Source: a virus. Taken from it: a DNA stretch of 64,000 nt. The translations under genes were made by a program, and so were the position numbers. Below the pieces are notes generated by a model. It was given only the letters and a program-made list of their open reading frames with translations, had not been told where the DNA came from and searched no databases. Location of the stretch: IMG/VR virus record IMGVR_UViG_3300045988_166360, positions 1-64,000 of that record; one strand, written 5' to 3'. Positions 48,669 through 57,437 of this stretch are shown piece after piece; positions within the stretch are counted from its first letter, which is position 1, and the number at the start of each line of letters is the position of its first letter.

Positions 48669-48995
48669 ATGGAGTACGACTCTACATCTAAAAATATTGT
48701 GGTAGTTCAAGACTTAACCAATGGTCTTGGGCATATTATTGAGAGTAATAATAACAAAGAATCCGGTACAAAGAAGCGGGCTTATGTTGAATTTCCTTCA
48801 GCCCCACTTCCAGTGCCTTTGCCCTCCATGAGTTGGAATGAAGCTGATAAGACGGAAGAAGCTTTTCGTATCACCCGACTTCATGACTCTTCATTAGCCC
48901 CAGACCAGGAACTTTCAGAGTCAGAATCACAAATTAAGGAAGAAGTGAAATGGACTACTGAATGGGCAAAGGAACAATTGAATGAACAAAATTAA
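48669..48995 (+). CDS. Hypothetical protein (108 aa from ATG 48669; preceded by TTGACA-N16-TAAATT at 48634-48661, which predicts a leaderless start)
   Basis: ORF track start at 48612 is a TTG inside the terminator T-tract and was rejected. Confidence 0.5.
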   Translation: MEYDSTSKNIVVVQDLTNGLGHIIESNNNKESGTKKRAYVEFPSAPLPVPLPSMSWNEADKTEEAFRITRLHDSSLAPDQELSESESQIKEEVKWTTEWAKEQLNEQN

Positions 48996-49404
48996 AATGA
49001 AAATACAAAATAGACTATTCCAAAAAGGGGACACGGTGCGGTTCATAAATCAAGGGAGGATTCTCTCTCCACCGTTCGATTATGATAAAACGTATACAGT
49101 AACCCAAAAGGAAACAGAAACTGGGATAGTATATATTGATGGCTGTGGCATTTCATACGCCCTGCTGGAAGTGGTCGAGCCCGTTGAAAATATTTATCCT
49201 CTTGTATTTCATGAGGCAGTAAAATATCTGATGGAAGGACATATTCTGGAAAGATTGTCGCCTGTAAGTGAGGCTAAATTTCAGATACGTATGATTGATG
49301 GTCACATTCAAAGCAGAGACAGTGAATCTACTGATGACATAGATTGGTGCCCTTGTGTGCTCGATGACGAAGATGTTATGTCCAGGTGGAAAATTGTTGA
49401 CTAA
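48982..49404 (+). CDS. Small protein of a tandem paralog family (QKGDTVRF motif) (140 aa)
   Basis: Shares K(G/K)DxVR(Y/F) segment with the next two ORFs. Confidence 0.55.
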   Translation: MNKIKMKIQNRLFQKGDTVRFINQGRILSPPFDYDKTYTVTQKETETGIVYIDGCGISYALLEVVEPVENIYPLVFHEAVKYLMEGHILERLSPVSEAKFQIRMIDGHIQSRDSESTDDIDWCPCVLDDEDVMSRWKIVD

Positions 49405-49422
49405 TTAACTAATTGAAACACA

Positions 49423-49986
49423 ATGAAGAGAGAAAATTGTAAACCAGGAACCGAAGTATTTATTCCAGGAACTGTACTTTCAAATGATAATTACCCGTCA
49501 ACTCCCATAGAAGTGGTCCTGCAAAGGGGACCTGATGCTTGCACAATGTATTTTTCCCCGGATGTTTTGAAGCTGAAAGACCTTTTTCCGAAAAGAAAGT
49601 TTTATAAAAAGGATAAGGTGCGGTATATGCCCAGCGGACGAGAATGTTATATCGTACCTCCAAAAACGGATAAGATATATGAAGTAGTTTCTAATGAAGA
49701 TTCGGATGGCTGGATTTATATAAAAGGCCCTGATTTTAATAACTGTGTCAAATGGTTTGACTTGGAGCTTATTGAACCCGCTGAATCCTTCGAAGACGTT
49801 TCTTCTTTTTCAGTATTAAAATATGAAGACGCTTATTTTCGTGTAGGGCGTGAGGGGCGTTATGTCTATGAAATTTGGTTTGGCCCCAGAGTAGACAGCC
49901 CCCTTACTGAAGAGGATGCTCGCCAGAAAGCACAGGAACTTTGTGATGAATTAAATCGCAAATATAATAAGAAGTTAAATAATTAA
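49423..49986 (+). CDS. Small protein of tandem paralog family (187 aa)
   Basis: N-terminal 78 aa alignable with 49993..50229 (CKPGT.VF...PIEV...KRKF.K.DKVRY). Confidence 0.6.
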   Translation: MKRENCKPGTEVFIPGTVLSNDNYPSTPIEVVLQRGPDACTMYFSPDVLKLKDLFPKRKFYKKDKVRYMPSGRECYIVPPKTDKIYEVVSNEDSDGWIYIKGPDFNNCVKWFDLELIEPAESFEDVSSFSVLKYEDAYFRVGREGRYVYEIWFGPRVDSPLTEEDARQKAQELCDELNRKYNKKLNN

Positions 49987-49992
49987 ATTACT

Positions 49993-50229
49993 ATGAACCG
50001 TAAAGAATGTAAGCCCGGCACGAAAGTATTTGTTGAAGCTGTTATTCTTCAGGATAAGGGAGGAACAACCTGCCCTATTGAAGTGTGCATAAAGTTCTTG
50101 CCTAATACCAGTGGCCCAGTATGTTGGGTTAATCCTGAGCAATTATTTCTGATAGAAAATTTTCCAAAGAAAAGAAAGTTTCGTAAAGGAGATAAGGTAA
50201 GATATAAATCCTCGTATGGTTTGTTCTAA
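49993..50229 (+). pseudogene. Truncated third paralog (78 aa) of the same family, possibly decaying
   Basis: Aligns to the N-terminus of 49423..49986 and stops abruptly after KVRYKSSYGLF. Confidence 0.4.
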
Positions 50230-50302
50230 TTATCTTGGTTATTGTTTATGCCTGCTTGTATCTTATAGACAGGTTTAAATAAGTTCCTCTAAAATAATAT
50301 TC

Positions 50303-50330
50303 TTGACAAACCGAAACAGAGAACTATAAT
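50303..50330 (+). promoter_or_regulatory. Perfect consensus sigma70-type promoter TTGACA-N16-TATAAT
   Basis: Read directly; 27 nt upstream of ATG 50358. Confidence 0.7.
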
Positions 50331-50357
50331 TCTTCAAACTTCTAACCATAATCAATT

Positions 50358-50942
50358 ATGAATCTAAATAAGGTAGTACCTTCATGCTCTCATTGCCGTT
50401 ACAGCGATTTAACTGCTGAAACTTTTCCATGTTCAACTTGTTCTGACGAGTATGAACATTTCACACCAAAACCCGAATGCACTTCCTGTATCCACGGTAG
50501 CCGTTCATCCGGGGAACCTGCCTGCTCGGTATGCAATGATACGAAGGGAGAAGCAACCTCCGTCTGCAATGACTGTGAATATAACGGCACACCCCGTCTT
50601 ACTTACCCCTGTACACGCTGTATGGCTAATCCTTTCAACATTGCTCTACAGAAAAGCGCGGAGGCTGGTTATCAAAAATTCGTGGATGAAATGAATTCCC
50701 GTCCGACCCCCTGTATTTGCGGAAAGGACCCGGAATATGTAGAAACAGTTATTTATCCCGGAGAGGTCCACCGCTATGTGGTCTGCAATGGCGACTGCCC
50801 CGTACCCCATTCTCTGTCGGTCCACGGCGGCAATAGCCGGGAGGAAACCATTGGACGATGGAACACTTTTATTTTTAATCTTAAACAGAACAAAGAATTA
50901 TATGTATACAGCAAACATACCCCTTTACGTCAAGCAGGTTAA
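50358..50942 (+). CDS. Cys-rich protein with at least 8 CxxC pairs (tandem zinc ribbons) (194 aa)
   Basis: CSHC, CSTC, CTSC, CSVC, CNDC, CTRC, CICG, CNGDC in translation. Confidence 0.6.
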   Translation: MNLNKVVPSCSHCRYSDLTAETFPCSTCSDEYEHFTPKPECTSCIHGSRSSGEPACSVCNDTKGEATSVCNDCEYNGTPRLTYPCTRCMANPFNIALQKSAEAGYQKFVDEMNSRPTPCICGKDPEYVETVIYPGEVHRYVVCNGDCPVPHSLSVHGGNSREETIGRWNTFIFNLKQNKELYVYSKHTPLRQAG

Positions 50943-50946
50943 ACAA

Positions 50947-51135
50947 ATGCGTAAACTTCTTCAGAATAGCTTCGGCTTATCCTGGGAAGAACTTGCGTGC
51001 ATGACAGATTCCGAAGTCGAAGAAACCCTGGCTTCCCTGGGATACGTTCTTGTCAAAAACTTTTCGGCAGGAAATGATACCCTGTATGTAGTTCCCAAGA
51101 GTATGCTTGAAAACGTTTACGCTCTGACTCGATGA
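50947..51135 (+). CDS. Small hypothetical protein (62 aa from internal ATG)
   Basis: ORF 50776..51135 trimmed to avoid overlap. Confidence 0.4.
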   Translation: MRKLLQNSFGLSWEELACMTDSEVEETLASLGYVLVKNFSAGNDTLYVVPKSMLENVYALTR

Positions 51136-51226
51136 TTACAGATGCCCCCCCTCTGGTTTATATTCTTCTCACTCTAAGTTTTTGTATTTCTTATTACCTG
51201 TACTCTAAAAATCCTGACCTCTTTAC

Positions 51227-51706
51227 ATGAAAAATCAAAGCCAACTCATCAAACACCCCGGACTCAAGTATCCCCGGAAGCCACGGAACAGCACACCCCC
51301 TGTACAGAAAATCCCACACGGATACCTTTCAACACAGGAAATCGCGGATGCCGTGGGAAGAACTCCTACATGTATTCTTACTACACTGGAACGCCGTAAA
51401 GTGCCTAAAGTACGTTTCGGAAGGGTTGTGTACTGGGACGGAGAACTTGCCCGAGAGTATATCAGGGAAGTCGATGCTGACGTGTATGACCATATGCCTA
51501 ACGGATATATTGACATAGAAAGCGCGTTGGAACTTACCGGATTCAAAAGTGCCGCTTATTTATCCACCCTGTTCAAGAGAGGGAAAGTGCGCCGTATCCG
51601 GTACCGGGATGACATGGGAGCCGGAAGAAAGACGAGGTTCGCGTACAATGTTCTTGACCTGGAAACTCTTTTGAGTTTAAATTCTGACCCGGAGGACCAT
51701 GACTAA
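51227..51706 (+). CDS. DNA-binding protein with two excisionase/MerR-type helix-turn-helix repeats (159 aa)
   Basis: Two repeats ...EIADAVGRTPTCILTTLERRKVPKVRFG... and ...ESALELTGFKSAAYLSTLFKRGKVRRIRY... resembling HTH_17. Confidence 0.5.
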   Translation: MKNQSQLIKHPGLKYPRKPRNSTPPVQKIPHGYLSTQEIADAVGRTPTCILTTLERRKVPKVRFGRVVYWDGELAREYIREVDADVYDHMPNGYIDIESALELTGFKSAAYLSTLFKRGKVRRIRYRDDMGAGRKTRFAYNVLDLETLLSLNSDPEDHD

Positions 51707-52055
51707 GAGTATCTTCACTACCCAAAGAACGCTTCATCCGCGGATGGGGGCACAGGAAAGGCTGTTAGGGATTTTAACAAACCTGGAACTGTTCGGTGTT
51801 GATTTTTCTTTGTCTTCTCTCAGGATTCTTTTGGCCCTTCACGGAAGCGGGGGTACCGCGAAACTAACGGCAAAACAGTTATCCCTTCAGCTAAGCCTGT
51901 CCACCTCGAACATTTCTTATCACCTCAACAAGCTTCTGGATTATGGCCATGTGGAGAAGGTAACGGACAGCGACCCCCAGCAATACCAGCTCACGGCACG
52001 GGGGAGGAACCTCTGCCGTGACATCTTCAAACCCCAAGAATACATCAACAAATGA
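51699..52055 (+). CDS. ArsR/MarR-type winged-helix transcriptional regulator (118 aa)
   Basis: LTAKQLSLQLSLSTSNISYHLNKLLDYGHVEKV matches the ArsR-family recognition helix pattern. Confidence 0.5.
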   Translation: MTKSIFTTQRTLHPRMGAQERLLGILTNLELFGVDFSLSSLRILLALHGSGGTAKLTAKQLSLQLSLSTSNISYHLNKLLDYGHVEKVTDSDPQQYQLTARGRNLCRDIFKPQEYINK

Positions 52056-52474
52056 CTCAAGAAGAAATTGAAAAGGTAGCCGAACGGCTTTATGCTTTGA
52101 CGGATTCCAGGATTCTATGGAATGACCTGGACGACGAAGGCCGGAAACCCTACGTCAATCTGGCAGACAGCCTGGTGGACAAAAGACCCGAAATTTTGGC
52201 AGAACTGGTATCTAAGTATTGTGTCGATTTCGGAATGCCCAGCAAGTACAAGGCGGTTGTCGCTGGGATTATTTCCGGGATTCTTACTGCGGTCCTGGCC
52301 CTGACGGGCTTTTCCGTAACAGGCTGTTCTTCTGTCGAGGTGACAGAAGGCGAAGCCGTCCTGTGCAAAGACGGCTCCTGCCTGGTACTAACCCCTGGAC
52401 ATATCTCCTATTCCCAGGCCCAGCCGGAAACGGACGTGCCTCCGGTTGTCCAGGTAAAACCCAACAAGAAGTGA
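52052..52474 (+). CDS. Membrane-anchored protein (one TM helix VAGIISGILTAVLALTGFSV) (140 aa)
   Basis: ORF, hydrophobic segment. Confidence 0.5.
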   Translation: MTQEEIEKVAERLYALTDSRILWNDLDDEGRKPYVNLADSLVDKRPEILAELVSKYCVDFGMPSKYKAVVAGIISGILTAVLALTGFSVTGCSSVEVTEGEAVLCKDGSCLVLTPGHISYSQAQPETDVPPVVQVKPNKK

Positions 52475-52475
52475 C

Positions 52476-53429
52476 ATGACCGACAACGAGGTTCAATATT
52501 CCGAGTTACCCTCTGCCCCGGACCTCTTTAATCATCCGGTACCCACGGTTCCCGTGGGTACCGAATTGTTTAATGACACGCCTCCGTTCGATTCTCTTCC
52601 TGACCCCATTGCCCCGGTTTATGGGGATAGTGACGTGGGAGTACAGGTTTCGCGTCCTTACAATGACGACCCGTTGTTTCGGAATTACCCGGAAAACATG
52701 TTCGCCATTGTTTATGACCCTGAGTCTATTAACGGCCCCAGTGTAAAATATGTGGCCGGAGTTATTATTGAGGGCAACAATGTTATCCAAATCGGAGGGA
52801 CTCCGGGGTCTCTGCAAAACGTAATGAGCAACGAGCATGCTCCTTTGGATGACAATATTACCTGGTATTTGAATGTACAGAGTGACAGGTCTGCTTCTAC
52901 CGTCAGCAGTACAAAGGACCCGCTGGCAGACTTTTGGGTTCCTCTGGCCAAGATAACCAAAGGATGCAACGGTTATATTCAACAGTTGCACCGGGGGGCT
53001 GTCTTTCTCTCTACGTCCGCTTATGGTTTTGAAGTTCAGTTGGAGTTCAATGAACAAGGGACCCGGACGGGGATTAAAGTGCGTCCCGGTATCGTCATGT
53101 TGAATGGAAAGTCCCTGGGGAAATTCCCTGAAACCTTACAGGATGAGCCCTGGTATTACTCTGCCTTTACTCAGGATGGTCCGGTATATTTAAGACTTAC
53201 CCTAGACGACCATAGTATGGTAACGGGCTCCGCTATTGAATTTGAGTTAGCGACCCCTAAAATATACAATCTAGTCATAGGTGCCGAGCAAAAAGAGGAC
53301 CCTCCATTTACCTACTCTTTTTTATTAGCAGATATTAAAGAAAAACAAGTCACTCAGTATCTGCTGGGTACGGTCCAGTTACCTGTAGGTGGTGGTACTT
53401 TCTTCCCATATGGTGCTATCGATGAATAA
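52476..53429 (+). CDS. Hypothetical structural or receptor-interaction protein (317 aa)
   Basis: ORF preceding glycosylation cassette. Confidence 0.55.
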   Translation: MTDNEVQYSELPSAPDLFNHPVPTVPVGTELFNDTPPFDSLPDPIAPVYGDSDVGVQVSRPYNDDPLFRNYPENMFAIVYDPESINGPSVKYVAGVIIEGNNVIQIGGTPGSLQNVMSNEHAPLDDNITWYLNVQSDRSASTVSSTKDPLADFWVPLAKITKGCNGYIQQLHRGAVFLSTSAYGFEVQLEFNEQGTRTGIKVRPGIVMLNGKSLGKFPETLQDEPWYYSAFTQDGPVYLRLTLDDHSMVTGSAIEFELATPKIYNLVIGAEQKEDPPFTYSFLLADIKEKQVTQYLLGTVQLPVGGGTFFPYGAIDE

Positions 53430-53486
53430 TAAATCCCCCATTGCTATGTCTGTCAGGGGGAGTTTATGAAAATATAAAACAACATC

Positions 53487-54224
53487 ATGGTTAGGGTTTA
53501 TTTATTTACTTATGCAAAAGATGCAAACCCTGCGTTAGCCTGCGTTCGCTGTCTTCGAAATACGTTGCCTGAAGCTTGGATTACTGTTGTAGATGATGCT
53601 TCTGCTCCTTGTTCTTCCGATTTTATAAGACAATGTTTTCAGTTGGGGGTTTTTTCTTACATGCAAAGCACCTTTCCTCGAAATGGAAACTTGAAAGGGG
53701 ATAGATGTATTAAAGGCATTCTGTCCACGTTGGTTCAAAATTCAAACGAAGATGACGTTATCATAAAGATTGACTCTGATACTTTGTTACTGTCTCCTGC
53801 TCCTATAGAACGAATGCGGAACTTGGAGGCAGATGGCTTCGGAGCCAGTTCTTTATTCCGTCCTTTCGCGGGATTATGCTATGGCTTTACACAAAAAGCA
53901 TTAAAACTTTTACATGAAAAAACATATCTATTACCGTCTTCCTCTACGATAGAAGAAGATTTATGGATTGGAAAATTGATTTTTTTACAAAAGTTAAATA
54001 TGGCTATAGACAGGCCATGGACTCCCGTACATACTCAAGGACGGTGGACTGCCTATAACTGGCCATATTCTCCTGTCTTAGAACTATATCGCTCTTTGGA
54101 CGTAGTAACGTTTGGAACTTTTGAAGGAATCCCCTCTGTAGATAAAAACCATGTGGCAAACAAAATGAACGCTTTAATAGACTTGGTATATGGACCTGGC
54201 AATAATACCTGCAAAGCATCATAG
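53487..54224 (+). CDS. GT-A fold glycosyltransferase, family 2-like (245 aa)
   Basis: N-terminal WITVVDDASAP (compare VIVVDDGS of GT2) and DxD-like IKIDSDTLL. Confidence 0.5.
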   Translation: MVRVYLFTYAKDANPALACVRCLRNTLPEAWITVVDDASAPCSSDFIRQCFQLGVFSYMQSTFPRNGNLKGDRCIKGILSTLVQNSNEDDVIIKIDSDTLLLSPAPIERMRNLEADGFGASSLFRPFAGLCYGFTQKALKLLHEKTYLLPSSSTIEEDLWIGKLIFLQKLNMAIDRPWTPVHTQGRWTAYNWPYSPVLELYRSLDVVTFGTFEGIPSVDKNHVANKMNALIDLVYGPGNNTCKAS

Positions 54225-54795
54225 TTCAGAAGTCCCTTATAAAAACTTTCGGGCTCTATGGAGGGAGCCTCTTTTTTTACATTCCGTGAGGTATGCAGTA
54301 AAAGAAGGTGTACCCTGTGTAGTTTCTACGGACAGCGAAATTATTAAAGGTTTATGTCGTCGAAATAATATCCCTTACCTCCATGAAGAAGTAGATGATT
54401 CTAATATCCTGAATTGTGTAACTCAAGTAGTTAAAAAAGAAAAAGTGGATAGGTGGATTCTTTTACAACCTACAAGCCCGATACGCCCCCCCTCTCTGCT
54501 TAAGAAGTTATTGAGTAAGAATAATGAAAATATTATGACGGTTCAAAAAATATATCTCCATGGTAAACTGGGAAGCCGTTTTATACATAAAACTCGAAGG
54601 CAGGAATCCTCTGAAATCTTATATCAATTCAACGGAAGTATTTTAATAGGGAGTTATGACATGGTAATGAAGGAACAGACCCTATTCAAAAACCCTTTAA
54701 TGGTAGAACAGAGGGGACTATATAACTATCAAATAGACTATCTTGAAGATTTTGAACACCTGGAAAGGTATGGAAATTTGCATTGTGGGGAATAA
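54190..54795 (+). CDS. Acylneuraminate (CMP-NeuAc)/CMP-Kdo synthetase-family cytidylyltransferase (201 aa)
   Basis: AIIPAK....YKN, PLF.HSV, VVSTDSE, ILLQPTSPIR, NGSILIG segments align with NeuA/KdsB conserved blocks; the glycine-rich P-loop is atypical (HHSSEV). Confidence 0.65.
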   Translation: MDLAIIPAKHHSSEVPYKNFRALWREPLFLHSVRYAVKEGVPCVVSTDSEIIKGLCRRNNIPYLHEEVDDSNILNCVTQVVKKEKVDRWILLQPTSPIRPPSLLKKLLSKNNENIMTVQKIYLHGKLGSRFIHKTRRQESSEILYQFNGSILIGSYDMVMKEQTLFKNPLMVEQRGLYNYQIDYLEDFEHLERYGNLHCGE

Positions 54796-55285
54796 AAAGC
54801 CCAGTCAGGATTTTACCCAGGAAATAAATTCCGCAGACCAGGTTGTTCGAGTCAGTAAAATGGATTATCTAGATACTAGGTTGATAGGTTCTCGAACTGA
54901 TGAACTGTATCTGGAACCAAACATGGTGTGGCATTCTTATTCGCCAGAGGTTAGAAAATTATCTCTACTGCCCCGCATACCTTTAATTCATATTAGAGAA
55001 TCCTGGTGGAACCGGGTAGGAGAACACCTGCTTAAACAAAAGTGGATTAACAAAGGCCAAGTTAGAATAATTCCTAAAAGCAGGGAATTGGTTATGCCGG
55101 GATGCACTACATTGGCAATAGCTGTATATGATATTTCATTAAGATTCCCCGAAGCCAAATTACTTTTAACTGGGGCAGACATAGGGGAAGAAAGAAGAAA
55201 AATATTTTGGATTCATGTTTCCGGTGGAGAGGTGGAATTTTTGAATAGACTTATTTCAGAAGGAAGACTGAGGGTGTTGGGATAA
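54743..55285 (+). CDS. GT42 (Campylobacter CstII-type) sialyltransferase-like protein (180 aa)
   Basis: ICIVGNKKPS...EIN...DQVVRVSKMD resembles the CstII N-terminal IIAGNGPSL..EID...FDVFRCN; GCTTLAIAV...LLLTGADI resembles SGVYMCAVAIALGYKEIYLSGIDF. Confidence 0.55.
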   Translation: MKILNTWKGMEICIVGNKKPSQDFTQEINSADQVVRVSKMDYLDTRLIGSRTDELYLEPNMVWHSYSPEVRKLSLLPRIPLIHIRESWWNRVGEHLLKQKWINKGQVRIIPKSRELVMPGCTTLAIAVYDISLRFPEAKLLLTGADIGEERRKIFWIHVSGGEVEFLNRLISEGRLRVLG

Positions 55286-55365
55286 TGATTGCGGGAATAT
55301 ACAGAAAATGTATATTCCCGCAATCGTTTTATGAGAATGACACGGAAAACGCTTGATGGATTTTT

Positions 55366-56088
55366 ATGGCCAGTAATAATAACCCCATGTCCGAAACACA
55401 ACCTAACCATGAGTTTGATGATTTTGTTTTCATCATTTTTGCGTACAACTCTACCCTGGACTGGCCGGAGCGTGAGCCTCTGCTTGTTCACTATTCTGTC
55501 AATTATCTGCTCAACCACGGAATCCCCGGAACCCGTATTACCGTTCTGGCCAATGACCTGTCGGTATGTTCCTGGGCAAACCAGCAGGGAATGAAGTTTA
55601 TCCAGCTTAAAGCCACAAACCGTAAAACGATTACGGAAGCTATATCCTCCATAATGGGGGAGAATCCGTGGAAGAATATCATATGTCTCAACACCGTATT
55701 TCCTGTGCGTGAAGCGGACCTCCTGTCTTTGATGTGCAGTCAAATCAGGACGGAAAAACAACGGCTCTTTCTCACTGCTCACATGGGAGCCCACCACCAG
55801 AAGGAAGATAACACAGTAACTTGGGATACTGTATTGAACGGAAGTATCTTGGGCTTTCGTCACGACTCTGATATTAAATCCATCTTCCATCCCGATACAT
55901 TGTATCCTGTGCATCACAATGCTGAATGCGGGAATTATAACATCTGCTACAGATACCAGTATATGAAGGAACCCCTGGAATCCGCGGTTGCCGTGGGTTA
56001 CAAAATGTCCGCATGGACTGCGCCCTGCCCATCAGAATATCCCCGCAGGGTGGAAATAAAGCTGGACAAGGACACAGCTACCCACTAA
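55366..56088 (+). CDS. Second, divergent cytidylyltransferase-like protein (KdsB/NeuA fold; degenerate N-terminal P-loop FIIFAYN) (240 aa)
   Basis: REPLLVHYSVNYLLNHG..RITVLAND..V..WANQQG parallels KdsB [37 protein letters not shown]. Confidence 0.45.
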   Translation: MASNNNPMSETQPNHEFDDFVFIIFAYNSTLDWPEREPLLVHYSVNYLLNHGIPGTRITVLANDLSVCSWANQQGMKFIQLKATNRKTITEAISSIMGENPWKNIICLNTVFPVREADLLSLMCSQIRTEKQRLFLTAHMGAHHQKEDNTVTWDTVLNGSILGFRHDSDIKSIFHPDTLYPVHHNAECGNYNICYRYQYMKEPLESAVAVGYKMSAWTAPCPSEYPRRVEIKLDKDTATH

Positions 56089-56098
56089 CCTGACTCGC

Positions 56099-56554
56099 AT
56101 GAACAACTCCAACTTATATTTTGATGGGACTCTGGGAAGGTTCATCAGGAAAGAAATCTATGACCAGGTTAGCGTAGACAGCAACCTGATTGCCCTGCAG
56201 GGTCTGGCCTGCGGAGAATTGACCGTAGGGGCAGGATTCAATAATCGCCTGAAGCTGTACATTTCCCATGCCTCCGGCCTGGATTTAAGCACGTCCCAAA
56301 GTGTTTCCTTTGATATGGTGACAAAGGTGGCTCCTTATAACCAGGGCAACTTGCCCATATATACGGTAGTCGATACGACTGGCGCGTACATATCTAAACC
56401 CGCAGGGACTTCCGACGTATGCCTTTTCTCTACAAACATTATTGAGTTTGACCCGGAGAAATATCCAAGAGGCACCTATTGGATGGAAATTTCTCTCAAC
56501 TGTACAGGGAGAGTATGGTGCAACACTTTTCCCATTCTTTTTCACATCATTTAA
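56099..56554 (+). CDS. Hypothetical protein (151 aa)
   Basis: ORF. Confidence 0.55.
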   Translation: MNNSNLYFDGTLGRFIRKEIYDQVSVDSNLIALQGLACGELTVGAGFNNRLKLYISHASGLDLSTSQSVSFDMVTKVAPYNQGNLPIYTVVDTTGAYISKPAGTSDVCLFSTNIIEFDPEKYPRGTYWMEISLNCTGRVWCNTFPILFHII

Positions 56555-56559
56555 CCAAC

Positions 56560-56940
56560 ATGAAATTAGACCTCAACAGAATACTGAAACTTTATCCGCT
56601 CCTTAAAATCCTCCACTACCAGACAAAGGAAGGCTTTCATCATGAAAAATATGATGAAGCATTCGATGACCTGGGGGAACTTGCGGACAAATTTATTGAA
56701 ACCTACATGGGGCTGAATGGACGGGACTGGATTGCAGGTTCCCTCCCCATGCCCAAACTTGTAGAACCCAACACCCGGAACTGCGTTGCAAGATACCGCA
56801 TGGACATCATTGACGACCTTATCCCCTATCTCTACCAGATGGCTCGAGGACATAAGGCCCTGAACAAATTGGCAGAAGATTTTGACGAAGCCGCCCACGG
56901 AATCCTTGGTCTCCTGGAAAACTTCAGCAATGGCCAATAA
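56560..56940 (+). CDS. Hypothetical protein (126 aa from internal ATG)
   Basis: ORF 56479..56940 trimmed to first non-overlapping ATG. Confidence 0.5.
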   Translation: MKLDLNRILKLYPLLKILHYQTKEGFHHEKYDEAFDDLGELADKFIETYMGLNGRDWIAGSLPMPKLVEPNTRNCVARYRMDIIDDLIPYLYQMARGHKALNKLAEDFDEAAHGILGLLENFSNGQ

Positions 56941-56945
56941 AGGTT

Positions 56946-57437
56946 ATGCCCTGTGTGTATAATAAAGCAGAGTTTTACATGGCCAATGACGGCCCGGAAA
57001 GCAACTCTGAAATCATATCCCAGGTTCTGCCACGCATGGACGGGATACTTTCCCGAGCCCGCTCCATGACTTGGGGCATGATTAGCTATTCCCTGTCCAG
57101 GACAAATAATCCTTTCGGCATTGCGCTCGAACATATGCGGGTAGGCTTCGCCGCACGAACCGTATCCCTGCCGGATGTTACGGGTGTGTGTGATGTGTCC
57201 CATTGGATAATTATGGAAACGGTCCCCCTTTCTTTCGAGGACTTCCGTTGTATTTTCAGGATTCTGGAACCCACGGTATCCCCGGATGAACTGCACGATT
57301 ATCTCCTGCATAATCAATGGTACACTCCTTCCAAAGAAATCCAACTGGACAACGACATGATTACCCTGTTCCACTGGGAACTGGGCTACCCTGAAAACGA
57401 ACGAATCAACCCACTGAAAAATGACACAGAACAATAA
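56946..57437 (+). CDS. Hypothetical protein (163 aa)
   Basis: ORF. Confidence 0.55.
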   Translation: MPCVYNKAEFYMANDGPESNSEIISQVLPRMDGILSRARSMTWGMISYSLSRTNNPFGIALEHMRVGFAARTVSLPDVTGVCDVSHWIIMETVPLSFEDFRCIFRILEPTVSPDELHDYLLHNQWYTPSKEIQLDNDMITLFHWELGYPENERINPLKNDTEQ

